Shown: piece by piece, positions 42,860-56,200 of the stretch
Position numbering within the stretch: position 1 is the first letter of the stretch
Layout of the letters: every line of letters starts with the position of its first letter
Assembly: GCA_973895155.1 (NCBI GenBank)
Contig: OZ316898.1
Span: 20,967,292 to 21,031,291, forward strand
From: Marsupella aquatica
Taxonomy: Eukaryota; Plantae; Marchantiophyta
Direction: 5' to 3'
DNA: 64,000 bases
Position numbers and translations under genes: made by a program
Notes under the pieces: generated by a model
Told to the model about the DNA's origin: nothing
The model's database searches: none
Seen by the model: the letters and a program-made list of their open reading frames with translations, nothing else

Positions 42860-45771
42860 AAACCTTTATTCTTCATTTCCCTCACGTACAATTATTAGGC
42901 AACTTTTTCCAGAACCTTTCAATATCTTGCACATTGGCCAACTCCAGCACAATGGCTAATTCCCTTGCCGATCAGGGAGGGAAGCCTTAGGAACTTCCAA
43001 CTGAATTTTTGTTTGATATTGGATGGTTGGATGGTGGCCATGCACAGTCTTGCTGTAATCAATTTTCTCTGAGAAGAGAAGAGGATTGATTCTCATCGGC
43101 GCCTCTCCCAAAACTTTATTCTTCATTTCCCTCACATACAATTATTAGGCAAATTTTCCGGAACCTTTCAATATCTTGCACATTGGCCGACTCCAGCACA
43201 ATGGCTAATTCCCTTGCTGATGAGGCCAGGAGGGAAGCCTTAGGAACTTCCAGCTGAATTTTTGTTATATATTTGTAATACAATACATTAGTTAAAAATG
43301 ATAGAAAAATTATAAACTTTGAACTTTTTCTAATTCAATGCTGCAGTATAGTTATCTCTTGTAGCAATTTAGATCAACTGAACACTTTACCTAATGCTAT
43401 GCTTCATCAGAGGCTATTGCTGTATTGAACAAGGATCGACAATATAAATCCTTGCTCTTTGCATGCTACCAAGAATGAATATTGGACATCATTTGGAGAA
43501 GCAATGTAGACTAGAAGATTCAAGAATCGGACTCCAAAACACTTCTTCAGCAAGAATGAGCTCTATATGTCTTTATTAAGATCAGTCAATCTCTGCAATT
43601 TTAGTTAAATAGTTAAAGTAGTTAGAAAAGTTTCATACTTTTCCAAGAAGTAGCCCTTGCATAGTAAAACCTACCCTAAAAGTATCGACTCAAACCGACA
43701 TATGTTTTGAAAGTTAAAAATGTTTTTGTTTTGTTGTTTTCCGCTTAGATGCAAATGCACTTATGCGCCTATGAGCTTATGCGTCCAACACTTTGAAAAT
43801 TTTTCAGTTTCCGTTTTCTGCAACCTTTTTAACACTTTTGCCTATTTTATTGAGGCACTTAAACACCTTAGAAAAGTCTCATATTTTTCTAGCATGAAGA
43901 ATAATCAAGCACAGACCACTTTAGCAAAGTCTCACCTTTTTATGACTTTTAGTTTAGAAATTAAAATTAGGACATAATCCCTATTTATTAGTTTTACCAC
44001 AATTCCACTTTTACAATAGTTAACATTTGAAATATCTTTTAGTTAGTTTTACATTCCACAAGTATTCATGTGAACCATAAGTACTCCTGTAGCACAATTT
44101 TGTTACTTTACTTTTGCCCATGACCCTTAAGATATGAAAGGGTTTATTTCCCTTTGGTTCCTACTAGCCTATAGTAGTAGTTCTCATGTCATTTCTTGTG
44201 TGAAGAAATTTCATGAGCACTCAGTTGCAAGATTGCAACTTTGTTACCTCCACCTTGTCAAGAGAACTCCATTGCATATGATTACTTAATACAAAGGATT
44301 TCTTCCCCCTTCAAGTCTGAATGGATGAGAAGTTTGGACCCTTGAAGTAAAATCATTGTAAATCTTAAATCTTTGGTATATGTGGAAATAGGTTCCTTGT
44401 TGGTGATATTTCACATATTCCTTAGTTCTTGATGCATAGTTGTTGGCATTGCCTTGCTTGAGCATGGGTTGCTAAGAAGGATTACTTACCAATGACTTAT
44501 GACTTCAAATTTGATGATGATTGTGTCTCTTATTCGTGACACAAAGTACCGATTGGATACAGAAGTGATTGATTACTAGTCTCCACTAAGTACCTTGGAA
44601 GGAAAAGTTCAGACATGTTGACGACATTTTAGTGATCATCCTAGTAAAGTAATCCTTTCTAGAAATGTTTCTTACGGATATACCACCTAAATCACATCAA
44701 ATGAAGTGATGTTGATGAGTCACCTTGGTTGTTTCCTAACTCCCTCACCATACCTCAAGATTTCATTGTGTTTTGTTAATTGTTTCCATGTTGTTATTTT
44801 ATTTACAATATTAAGCAAACTTTCAAAACTATGCCTTGCTGAGCAACCATAGTAAAAGGCTCAACCTTGTATTTTTATTACCTTACTCATTCAAAAGTGC
44901 TAAATCATAAAAAATCATTCCTTACATGTTCTTCCATGGGAACAAATACCAAGTTTTGGATCTTAAATATTTATTTATGTCCCTAGTATAATACTACAAT
45001 ATTGGATGGTTAGATGGTGGCCATGCACAGTCTTGTTGTAATCATTTTTCTCTGAGAAGAGAAGAGGATTGATTCTAATCGGCGCCTCTCCAGAAACTTT
45101 ATTCTTCATTTCCTTCACATACAATTATTAGGCAATTTTTCCGGAACCTTTCAATATCTTGCACATTGTCCGACTCCACCACAATGGCTAATTCCCTTGC
45201 CGATCAGGGAGGGAAGCCGTAGGAATTTCCAGCTGAATTTTTGTTTGATATCGGATGGTTGGACTATGGCATGCACGGTCTTGCTGTAATCAATTTTCTC
45301 TTAGTAGAGAAGAGAAGAGAATTGATTCTAATCGACGCCTCTCCAGAAACTTTATTCTTTATTTCCCTCACGTACAATTATTAGGCAAATTTTTCCGGAA
45401 CCTTTCAATATCTTGCACATTGTCCGACTCCACCACAATGGCTAATTCCCTCGTTGATCAGGGAGGGAAGCCTTAGAAACTTCCAGCTGAACTTTTGTTT
45501 GATATCAGATGGTTGGACTGTGGCCATGCACGGTCTTGCTATAATCAATTTTCTCTAAGAAGAGAAGAGGATTGATTCTAATCAACGCCTCTCATGAAAC
45601 TTTATTCTTCATTTCCCTCACGTACAATTGTTAGGCAAATTTTTCTGGAACCTTTCAATATCTTGCACATTGTCCAACTCCAGCACAATGGCTAATTCCC
45701 TCGTCGATCAGGGAGGAAAGCCTTAGGAACTTCCAGCTGAATTTTTGTTGGATATCGGATGGTTGGACTGT
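42860..45771. repeat. About 252-bp tandem repeat, about 5 units, interrupted by a solo LTR
   Basis: CTTTATTCTTCATTTCCCTCAC-like marker recurs near 42864, 43115, 45097, 45349 and 45600. Confidence 0.9.
43274..44998 (+). mobile_element. Solo LTR, family B short type (1725 bp)
   Basis: TGTAATAC...ATACTACA with perfect 5-bp TSD ATATT; homologous to 53242-54707 and 58145-58501 (reverse) and to 63913-64000. Confidence 0.9.
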
Positions 45772-46142
45772 AGCAGTGAGTCACAATACACCTTTCTTTT
45801 CAACCATGTAGTAGTAGTCAAAAACTAATTGACCTTTGTCCTACTACAGTCAATCTCTTCCCACATCTCTTTCAACTGGAAAATCTCAAAAGAGAAATCT
45901 GGATTTGGCTTTGCTGCAACATATACACATTTATTTGGCAAGTTTCAAACCTCAGGAGTCAACACGGTAGACTTATTGATTTCATGTTGTAGACAATTGG
46001 CAGACACAGAGCTGACTTGATGTCAATCTCCCAGCATTGGTAACAAGACTGAGTTTGCAATTGCTTCCTAACTTGCAGATATGAATATTCAAATGAGCAC
46101 ACATTCAGTTATACAATAGACATACAATACTATCAAGGAACA

Positions 46143-49100
46143 TGTGATGCCTAGCCAGGAATCACTAGGCCATTAAAAAGCCAAATCCAGGTGATAGACC
46201 CTAAAAGCATTAGTAATTTAGGAAAATATAAAAAATTAAGGGTAACTATGGAACCCAAGCCGAGGCCGGAAGTAAGGGCGGCACGGCAACCAGGGTTAGG
46301 GTTAGGGTGCGCTAGTGTCGGCGGCTATGGGTAATCAGCGGGCAGTCAGGCAATGGCAGGCAAAAGGGGGGGTAAGGACTGTTCACCAAGGGTGGCAGCT
46401 CATTTGCACACACTGACCAAGCAGAGGATTGCGAGAAGGAGCCAACGACTGTCAGCTGCTTAGGCAAGCACTCTAGGTGGAAGCAGATACTGAGCATTAG
46501 CACAAGGAGGGAATGAGCAACGTCAACCAAGTTGCACATTTTGGGGATGCCTGTTCAAACACGCAACTGAGTACATTGCAACCTACGAGGACGAGGAGTC
46601 GGAGAGGGCAGCCCGAGAACAACAGGAGCTTGCTCGACTATGGGAACTATAGAAGTCTGCTTTCCTGGGCGGAGAGCTCATCAAGGACGAGTTCTTGTGG
46701 ATGCCCACTTCCGACCAGCTTGACAAACTTATGTTCTGTAAGAACAAAATCATCGGCATCTGGGAGGCCATCAACCACTGCAACGATGAACATTGGGACC
46801 TAAAAGGTAGCACGGAGCATGGATGAAGGCAACAGTGCTAGGAGAATTGTCAATAGTGGCCACAATGAAGAGGAAGGTGACCGTCAATGAGGAGGCCACC
46901 CCGGCAACATCTAAGAAGCCGGCCGAATAGGGCAGGAAGAGGCAGAAGGAAGCAAAGGAAGTAGAGGTCAACCTTGTAAATGCCATCCCTACAAGAGATG
47001 ATACATGGAAGGGTTGAGCGACGGTCCTGCCAAAGGAGGTGCAATTGTACTTTGCATGGGAGGAAGATGCATGTTTTACGGCCATGCAGTCCAAGAAGTA
47101 CCAAGGCTTCATGGCCGGATCCAGCTTGGAGGCCTTTGTTAGATTACCTTGGCTAAAGCCAGAGGTGCCGGATTCAGACTTGTTGGAATTCGTGGGATCC
47201 TGGGATCCCAAAGCCAATGCCACAAGGGTGTATGGGAAGATATTCTACCTTACTCCCAACGTGATTGCCAAATTATTTGGCTTGCCAATAGGCAATAAGA
47301 CCAAGGTAGACACTCGGAAGAACTTGCCGGACAAGGAGTTCCGATCGTTTCCCGGGCCATCAACGAAGAATGGCTTTTTCCAAAACACCTGCACCAACCC
47401 GCACATTGGAGAAATGATCAATTTCTTATGGGTGACAATGCATTGCAATCTGGCAAGGTCGGAGATCGGCAAGGCACAAGTCTACCTTGTAGAAAGGCCA
47501 GACCCAAGCCGGGACTACAATGGGTACCTCCTCACCCAATTGAAGAAGATCCTGAAGGAGGAACAGTAGGTGATAGGCCAGGGGAGCTTGTCCGGCTTGG
47601 CTATCACATGCCGGTATGCCCAAAGTCAGACCTTTGCACCTGTACTTCCCCTACAGGCAAGGGCACCAAAAGAGGTGCCGGAGTAGAGGCCGGCAGCAAA
47701 AAAGCCCAAACTGCCCGGCAGCCCTACGATCAAGCAGATGTTTAGGCCTAGGCCGGACCCCATGCCGGTGCAGCAACCAGCTATGAAGAGTCTTATGCAG
47801 ATGCTGGAGAGGGAGACAGCGGAGGCACCGGCACCAGAACAAGGCACTGCTTAAGAGGCAGGAATTGGAAGACCAACAAGGGCAAATCCCTTTGCCGGAG
47901 CCGTAGAGAGAAAGAGGCCGGAACACAAGCCGGGGGTGCGGATGTACGTCGGAGCCTCAAGTCCAGAACCCCAGGAACAAGAGCCCAAGGCTCCTGGTTG
48001 CGATGAGGAGAGAGAGAGGCGGGCGTGGGAGCCGGAGCAGGGACCAGCACCCATGAGCAGTTTCCGGCAAGATGTCGCGTTCATGGCTAGTCCTAGGGAG
48101 GAGCTGGTACTCCAAGCAGGAAGGGAGGGCATGGAGGACTACAACGATGAGGACTTCGGCTCCGGGTTGGATCGTCCTATGCCAGGGGTGAGGACCTATG
48201 GCCAGTTTGTCCCCAAACTTCCAAAAGTGGTCCAAGGAGGCCCAAAACAACAGAGGAGCCCCAAGTCTCCCCCACCCGACATTTCCCCTCCCAATTACAA
48301 TGGGATGAAGCAAGCGGCACAGGAATTGCAGGAGAGACTTAGAGATCTGGAGAAGGGTTTACCAAGAGGACAATGGTCGGAGGACATCCGCCGGCTTGTA
48401 GAGGCACAAGCCGGGCCCCTACCCACGTTCGACAAGATTCGGAAGGCAGCATGGGAACAAAGGCCGCGTTGGGAGATGCCAGTGTCTCCTACTCACTCCA
48501 CCTATGCACGTGGTAGGGCCCTAGAGTACGGGAAGATGTGTGGGGAACTTGTTCTCGGCATCTTTGGGGAGGAATTGGAGAAGGGACCTTTTATCCAGAG
48601 AGAGATGTTGGATAGAAGCCGGTTGGAGGAAGCGGTGGCTTTGGAGAGGATGAAGAAGGAAGAGGTCATCCGTCTAGGAAGAAGGAAGCCAAGACAGGGG
48701 ACCTAAAGGGAACCAGGTAGGCTCAAGACAAGCTGCGGGTTAGGAAGCATGAGCTGAGCATCATGGAGGGGCAACTGGATACAGCCCAGGCTGATAACCA
48801 GTTAATCAAAGATAAACTTGCCCAAACCCAAGGGGAGTTGGCCGATGCGGTCAAAGAGAAGGAGAAGTGGAAGCAGGAGCTGAAGGATGCAGAGCAGGCT
48901 CACCTCACAAACTGCAACCGGGCCATGGCAGAGATGCAGAGGAAGGAGAGGACCCTAAAGGGGGAGCTTGAGGATCTCCGCAAAGCCATCAAGAAGAAGA
49001 ATACCGAGTTGGATAGAGCCTATAAAGGGGTCTATCAACTGCAGGAGGAGGTTATATCCATGACGACCAACTTCCAAGTCGAACTGCATAAGAAGGACGA

Positions 49101-50340
49101 CATGATTGACCAAAACTACGCCAAGATGAACAAACTGGAGTTTGAGGTGGTCTAGGAGCTTGACAAGGAGCTGAGAGCAACCCAGGAGGAGAGGGCGGCC
49201 TTGCGGAAGGAATTGGAGGAAGCACAAAAGGAGCTAGAGGAGGCTCGTGGGGATTTGGACAAGACACAGGAGGAGTTGGAGGAAAGCGTCAGGAAGGTGG
49301 AGAACTTACAACGGCGGACCAACAACCAAACGGAGCGGCTAAAGAAATTAGCCAAGGAGTTGAAGCACCCGGCCTCACCAAATCCACGCCCGGTAGCGGC
49401 AACAAGGTTGCCAGGTGTGATACTGGCCGAGGGACAGGCCGCAGCACCCTTACCGGTGCCAAAAGTAATCGGCAAGTGGAAGGGCCCAACTACCTTGGAA
49501 GGGAAGGACAAGAAGAAGCGGAAACCCTTTGGGTCAGGGAGCAACACAGCTCCTCAGGCCACCCTGACCAAGCCAGAGAGCACGGCACCGGCCTTAGGTG
49601 AGGTCACGACAGTAGAGCTGGCAGTCCTGGCAGTTGGCAAGGAAGCCAAGGCGGAGATAGCCATTGGCGAAGCCGCGGTGGTGGACCCGCCACTTGAGCA
49701 AATCGGGGAGGAGGCTGAAGCTGGAGTTGGACCTGGTCATGCTGAGGAAGAGTTGACTCAGTCAGAGGCAGGTAATGTGTCAGGGGACGGACCTGCGACA
49801 TTGGCTGTAGAGGAAGCATTGGAGGCGGCAATTGGGGACCAGCCACCGTTGTCTTGATGGTGGTGGAGGGCCATCCCTTTTAGGGAGGGTGGTCACGGAG
49901 GGAGGAGGCGTGAGTGGGCAGAGTGGGTTTGGACCTCCAAGTTTAGAATTAGGATCAGGACCAAGAGGCGGCCCTGACACTTAGATTAGTGGGGTTGCGG
50001 ATCCAATGGTAAGAGCAACACAAGTTGTGCTCTTGCCCCACTGTACATAGGTAGATTACAGTTAAGTAGATTAGGCTTACGCAACAAGGAATTAGGTGGA
50101 TCCGCTACCAGGATAAATACCTGGGTAGCGGGGAGTTCAAGGCCTTTTTCTTTAGCAAGTTTTTAGTGCACCAGCAGGGCTGGGATCAAGTAGTAAAAGA
50201 AGCTCTCAGTTAGTTATTCAGTGACACTTGTGTATATTCATGTTTTCTCATGCCTAAGAGCTGAATAGAGTTGGCCTTTTGGCTTAGTTCGTAGATCTTG
50301 TGCATGAGAAGTACTGTTTGTATGGCAAGTGCATGGTATA
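46143..50340 (+). mobile_element. Diverged family A LTR, 3'-truncated
   Basis: Starts TGTGATGCCTAG with unrelated upstream flank; colinear with LTR 3 up to GCATGGTATA. Confidence 0.88.
46513..49857 (+). pseudogene. Degenerate family A LTR-encoded protein
   Basis: Fragments (47039, 47936, 48763, 49201) align with 18026-21664; many stops and frameshifts. Confidence 0.88.
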
Positions 50341-50812
50341 GGTGGATTGCATGATTGAGGACTACCATTTTTCTCCTAAGAAAGGACTCAAGTCCTTTCC
50401 ATGTTGCATTAAATGTGCAACATATCCCTTGTGATGCCTAGCCAGGAATCACTAGGCCAGCTCAAATGGTAAAATCAGGAGTGTACCCTGGAAACACATT
50501 AGTATAGTTTGTAACAAAAACAAAGAAAATATAAACAATTAAGGGTGACTATGGAACCCGAGCCAAGACTGGAAGTAAGGACGCGCTGAGGGAGGGAACA
50601 CGATTAGGGTTAGGGCGTGCTAAGTACCGGCGGCTATGGGTAACCAACGGGAAGGAAGATAGGCAGGAAGGGGGATAAGGACCGATTGCAAGGAATGGTG
50701 GCTCATTTGCAAGCACAAACTAAGCAGACGACTACGTGAAGCCAACTACTATCAACTGCTTAGGCAAGCACTCTGGGCGGGAGCAGATACCGACTATCAA
50801 CTCAAGAAGGGT

Positions 50813-53241
50813 ATGAGCAACGTCAATCAAGTTGTTCATTTTTGGGGATGCCTGTTTGAACGGGCAACTGAGTACATTGGGACCTACGAAGACAAAGAAT
50901 CAGAAGAGCAGCTCGAGAATGCCAGGAGCTTGCTCGACTGTGGGAGCTTTAGTCTGCCTTCTTAGGAGGAGAACTCATCAAGGCTAAATTCCTATGGACA
51001 ACTATTGGCAACGAGCTAGACGACCTTCTATTTTGTGAGAACAGAATTGTCGGCATCCGGGAAGCCATCAACCGCTGCAACGACATACACTGGGAGTTGA
51101 AGGGTAGCACAAAGGGGTGGATGAAGGCAACCATGCTTGGAGAAACATCCACAGTAGCCGCTATGAAGAGGAAGGGGAACAACAATGACCCCTGCAAAGA
51201 GAACAAGGTTGGCGGCACCAAGGAAGCCAGCCAAGCAGGGAAGCAGGAGGCAGGGAGAAGCCGAAGAAGAAGAGGTCGACCCCATCAATGTTGTTCCAAC
51301 AAGGGATGACACCTGGAAAGGCTGGGCGACGACCCTCCTCGAGGAAGTGCAATTACACTTTGCACGTGAAGAGGAAGTACCAGGGCTTCATGGCCGGATC
51401 CGGCTTGGAACCCTTGGTGAAATTACCATGGCTGAAGCCGGAGGTGTCGGATTCAGACTTATTAGAATTTGTGGGATCATGGGATCCCAAGACAAATTCC
51501 ACAAGGGTGTATGGGAAGGATTTCTATCTCACTCCTCAGGTGATTGCCGGAGCGTTTGGCTTGCCAATGGGCAATAAGACCAAAGTAGATACCCGGAAGA
51601 CCTTGCCTGACAAGGAGTTCCGGTTGTTCCCAGGGCCATCAACGAAGAATGGCTTCTTCCGGAACACCTGCACCAACCCGCCCATTGGGGAGATGATCAA
51701 TTTCTTGCGGGTAACCATGCACTGCAACTTGTCAAGGCCAGAGATCGGCAAGGCACAAGTCTACCTAGCGGAGAGGCCAGACCCAAGCCGAGACTACAAC
51801 GGGTACCTCCTTACCCAACTGAAGAAAATCTTGAAGGAGGAACAGGAGGTGATCGGCAAGGGAAGTGTGTCCCAGCTTGGCTATCATATGCCGCTGCTGT
51901 GCCGGTATGCCCGGAGTTGGATCTTTGCCCCAGTACTTCCCCTATAGGCAAGGACACCAGAGGAGGTTCCGGAAAAGGGGCAGGTAGCAGAGGAACCCAA
52001 CCAGCCCGGCAGTCCTACGATCAAGCAAGTGTTTAGGCTAAGGACGGAAGACTTGCCGATATAGCAACCAGGCATGCAGAATCTTCTGAAGTTGCTAGAG
52101 AAGGAAAAGAGAACGGCAACGGCAACGGCACTGGTACAGGACACTGCTCCAGAGGTAGGCCTAAGCCAACTCCCAAGGGAAAACCCCTTTACCAGAGCCA
52201 AGGAAAGAAGGAGGCCGGAACATAAGCCGGGGGTTCGATGTATGTAGGAGCCTCGAGTCCAGAAGCCGAGGGAAAGCAGCCCGTAGCTCCTGGTCACGAT
52301 AGGGAGAAGGGGAGATCAGCGTGGAAGCCTGAGGAGAAACTAGGACCCGAGAGCTATGTTCAGAAGGACGCTATGTTCTCAGCAAGACCAAGAGAGCAGG
52401 GGAAGGAGCCGGTAGCCCAAGCCACGAAGGAGGCGGTAGAGGACTACGACAATGATGACTTCGACTACGGGTCGGACCATCATGTCCCAGGAGTAAGGAC
52501 CTATGGCCGTTTCATTCCCACGCTTCCTAGAGTAGTTCGAGGGGACCCCACCCAGCAAAACAGCCCTGAGTCTCCCCCACCAGATGTCGCTTCCCCAAGA
52601 TTTGATGGGATAAAACAGACGGCACAGGAGTTTCAAGAGAGACTCAGGGAAGAAGAGGAGGCACTTCTAGCTAGGGAGAAGGATTTACCTGGAGGAGAAT
52701 GGCCAGAGGACATCCGGCGGCTTGCAGAAAGACAAAGCAGCCCTCCAGCCATGATAGAAGAAATCCGAAAGGCAGCTTGGGAACAAAGGCCACGGTGGGT
52801 GATGCCGATGACTATTACTTACTCCACCTATGCGCAAGAAAGAGCCATGGAGTACGGGGAGATGTGTGGGGAACTTGCGCTCAACATCTTTGGGGAGAAG
52901 TTGGAGCAGGGACCCTTTTTCCAGAGAGAGATGTTGGAAAAATGCCGATTGGAAGAAGCGGTGGCTTTGGAGAGAAGAAAGAAGGACAAGGTCATCCGAC
53001 AGCTTAGGGAGAAGGAAGCCAAGGCAGAATACCTAAAGACGGCCAAGAAAGCCCAAGATGAGCTGTGGATTAAGTGGCATGAGCTAAACATCATGCAGGG
53101 GCAATTGGATACTGCTTAGTCTGATAATCAAATTATCAAGGATAAACTAACTCGGACCCAAGGGGAGTTGGCCAATGCGTTCAAGGAAAGGGAGAAGTGG
53201 AAGCGGGAGCTGAGGGGCGCAGAGGAGGCCCACATAGCAAC
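50813..53241 (+). pseudogene. Degenerate family A LTR-encoded protein, truncated by insertion
   Basis: Fragments 51288-51947 and 52238-53119 align with the intact protein. Confidence 0.88.
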
Positions 53242-56200
53242 TATAGTATCACACTAGGGACATAAATGAATATTTAAGATCCAAAACTCGGTATTCGTTC
53301 CCATGGAAGAACATGTAAGGAATGATTTTCTATGATTTAGCACTTATGAATGAATAAGGTAACAAAAAAAATACAAAGTTGAGCCTTTTACTATGGTTGC
53401 TCAGCAAGGCATAGTTTTAAATGTCTGCTTGACATTAAAAATAAAATTAACAAATGGAAACAATTAACAAAACACAACAAAAATCCTGAGGTATGGTGAG
53501 GGAGTTAGGAAACAACCAAGGTGACTCCTCAATATAACTTCATTTGATATGATTTAGGTGGTATATCCACAAGAACATTTCTGGAAGGGATTACGGTACT
53601 AGGATGATTACTAAAATATCGTCAACATGTCTCAACTTTTCCTTCCAAGGTACTGAGTGGAGACTAGTAATCAATCACTTCTGTATCCAATCGGTACTTT
53701 GTGTCACAAATAAGAGACACCATCATGATCAAATTTGAAACCATAAGTAATTGGTAAGCAACAATCTTTGCATCCCGTGCACAAGCAATGTCACGCCAAA
53801 AACTATGCATCAAGAACTAAGGAATATGTGAAACATCATCAACAAAAAATCTATTTCCACATACTCAAAAGATTTAACAATCACAATAATTTTACTTCAA
53901 GGGTCCAAACTTCTCATTCATTTAGACTTGAAGGGGGAAGAATTCCTTTGTATTAAGTACTCATATGCAATGGAGTGCTTGCTACAAATGGAGGTAACAA
54001 AGTTGCAATCTTGCAACTGAGCGCTCATGAAATTTCTTCACACTAAAAGTGACAAAAACTCTACTACATATAGGGTGGCAGGAACTAAAGAGAAAAGAGA
54101 AAATGAAAGGACATGCCCTTTCATATCTCAAGGGTCATAAACTAAAGTAAAAAGTATGAAAATATGCTATAAGAGTACTCAAGGTTCACTAGAATGTTGC
54201 TGAAATGAAAAACTAACCAAAAGTTATCCCTAGTGTAAACTGGAGTAAAAGTGTTTTTTTGCACTTTTGTGGTAAAACTAATAAATAGTGAGTTTATCAG
54301 AATTTTAATTTCTAACATAAAAGTCAAAATGGGGTGAAACTTTCCTAGGTGGAAAATTTATATACATGCTACATGCTGGAAAATTTTTAGCTTTTTTTGA
54401 GGTGTCTAAGTGCCTTAATATAATCGATGAAAAGTGCTGTCAGATTAAAAAAAATATTGTTCCGGAAAATTTTATAAGTGTCGGAAGCGCCGTTGCGCCT
54501 TTGCGCTTTGGAGCACTAGCGCCGTTGCGCCTTTGCGCACTCACGCTTCTGTAAAACTAAAAATGTCATATCTTCTAAACGACATGTCGGTTTTGGTCGA
54601 TACTTTCAGGGTATGGTCTGCTACATAAGGGCTATCTCTTGAAAAAGTATGGGACTTTTCTAACTATGATAAATATTTAACAAAAGTGATGGAGATTGAC
54701 TAATCCTGACTCGAAGGATGGAGTAGGTCAATCCTCCTGAAGTAGCGCTGACTGGTCCGGTTGTTGAACACTCCTGAATGTCTCAGTTCGACTCACCTCT
54801 CGAAGGAAATCCATAACCTGCGTATTATGTCGAGCAAATGGAAGAGATCTGATTTGTCGTTCAGCATTTAGAATGGGGAGTAGTCTCTTGTGAAACATAG
54901 TGTTCACCTTGCTAGCTTGCATATAGATGCCGACCAAATCATAACTACAACAAGTAGTATGGTAGTTGCGTGGAAACTTGTTGATGAAGGTGTCAGAGTC
55001 CTTGGCAAGTGATAAAAGTGGGGTGACACGAGGTAACAGTTCCCGCCATTTCAAGGTGTAATCAGTCAACCGTTGGGAAGTGATGTTGTTCCAGATTCTC
55101 TGACTCTCAGCAACTGGTGAGATAAATTGTTGAACAATAAAAGGTTTCTCTGGTAGGACACCATGGTCGACCTGATATCGTTTGTTGGTTTGTCTCAAAA
55201 AGTTGATGATGAATTCCAAGACATAGGCAGGTAAGTTCCCGAAGTATGCCAGGGCCAGATCTCCATTCTCCAATACAATGTGTCCAACCAGGATTATGAC
55301 AGCAAGAATAGGGCAAAAATATTTAGCCTCTGTCCAGATCTCATCCATCTCTGCTATCTCTAGGCGGGTGACATCCTTCAGATGAAGCTTCAGGATATAG
55401 AGACATTCAACTCTCTTCTTATGATAGTACTGCCAAAACTCTAAAATGGGAGGAGTTCTAAGGTCTGAAACTCTAACAAACTCAGAAAATTGTGTAATAT
55501 TCTCTTGAGGGGTCTTAGGGTCAATATGCAGTGTAGGGATGAAGTTGACCTGGCAGGATTTATCTTGACCTGGTGGAAGGGTGTCAGGATAAGAAGTGGC
55601 AAGATGTTCACCAGTAGGGGTGATCTCAGGTTCTGGAAAACTAGGATAGAGCTGGTCTAGTTGATTCGAAGGACTGTAAGGAGAGGTGGGTGAATGACTA
55701 GAAGAAGGGGAAGAATAGTAAATGGGAGAGCCAGAGGCTGAGGTATGATAACGGACGGCATAATAGACTTGCTTCGGGTTGCATCCAAAAATCTGTGTAA
55801 GCCTGTGGACTAAATCCTCACAATATTCTCGATGATGATCTCGGGTAAGTAAAGTTGATGTCTTATGCAGAAGATCATCCAAGACATCAATTAAGTGTCT
55901 CTCATCACACTCCAGCATGTCAGTCATTTTATTAACAAGAGTAGAATAGTGTTCAGCAGAGTGACCTGGGGAAGCAGATAGTGTCTGTTGAAGCTCTAAC
56001 CTGGGTGATGCATCATTTTCCTCCATTGGTTCAGCTTCAGCAATATTTGTAACCCTAATATTGGAGGTGGGTCGAAATAGATCCATCACTTCGGGATAGA
56101 ACTGAGTCGGTCCTTGGGTTGGAGAGTATGGAGAGTCGGGACTACTAGGTTCAGGCAGAGTTACAAAGGCTGCTCTTAACCTCTCAACAGAGTCAACTAT

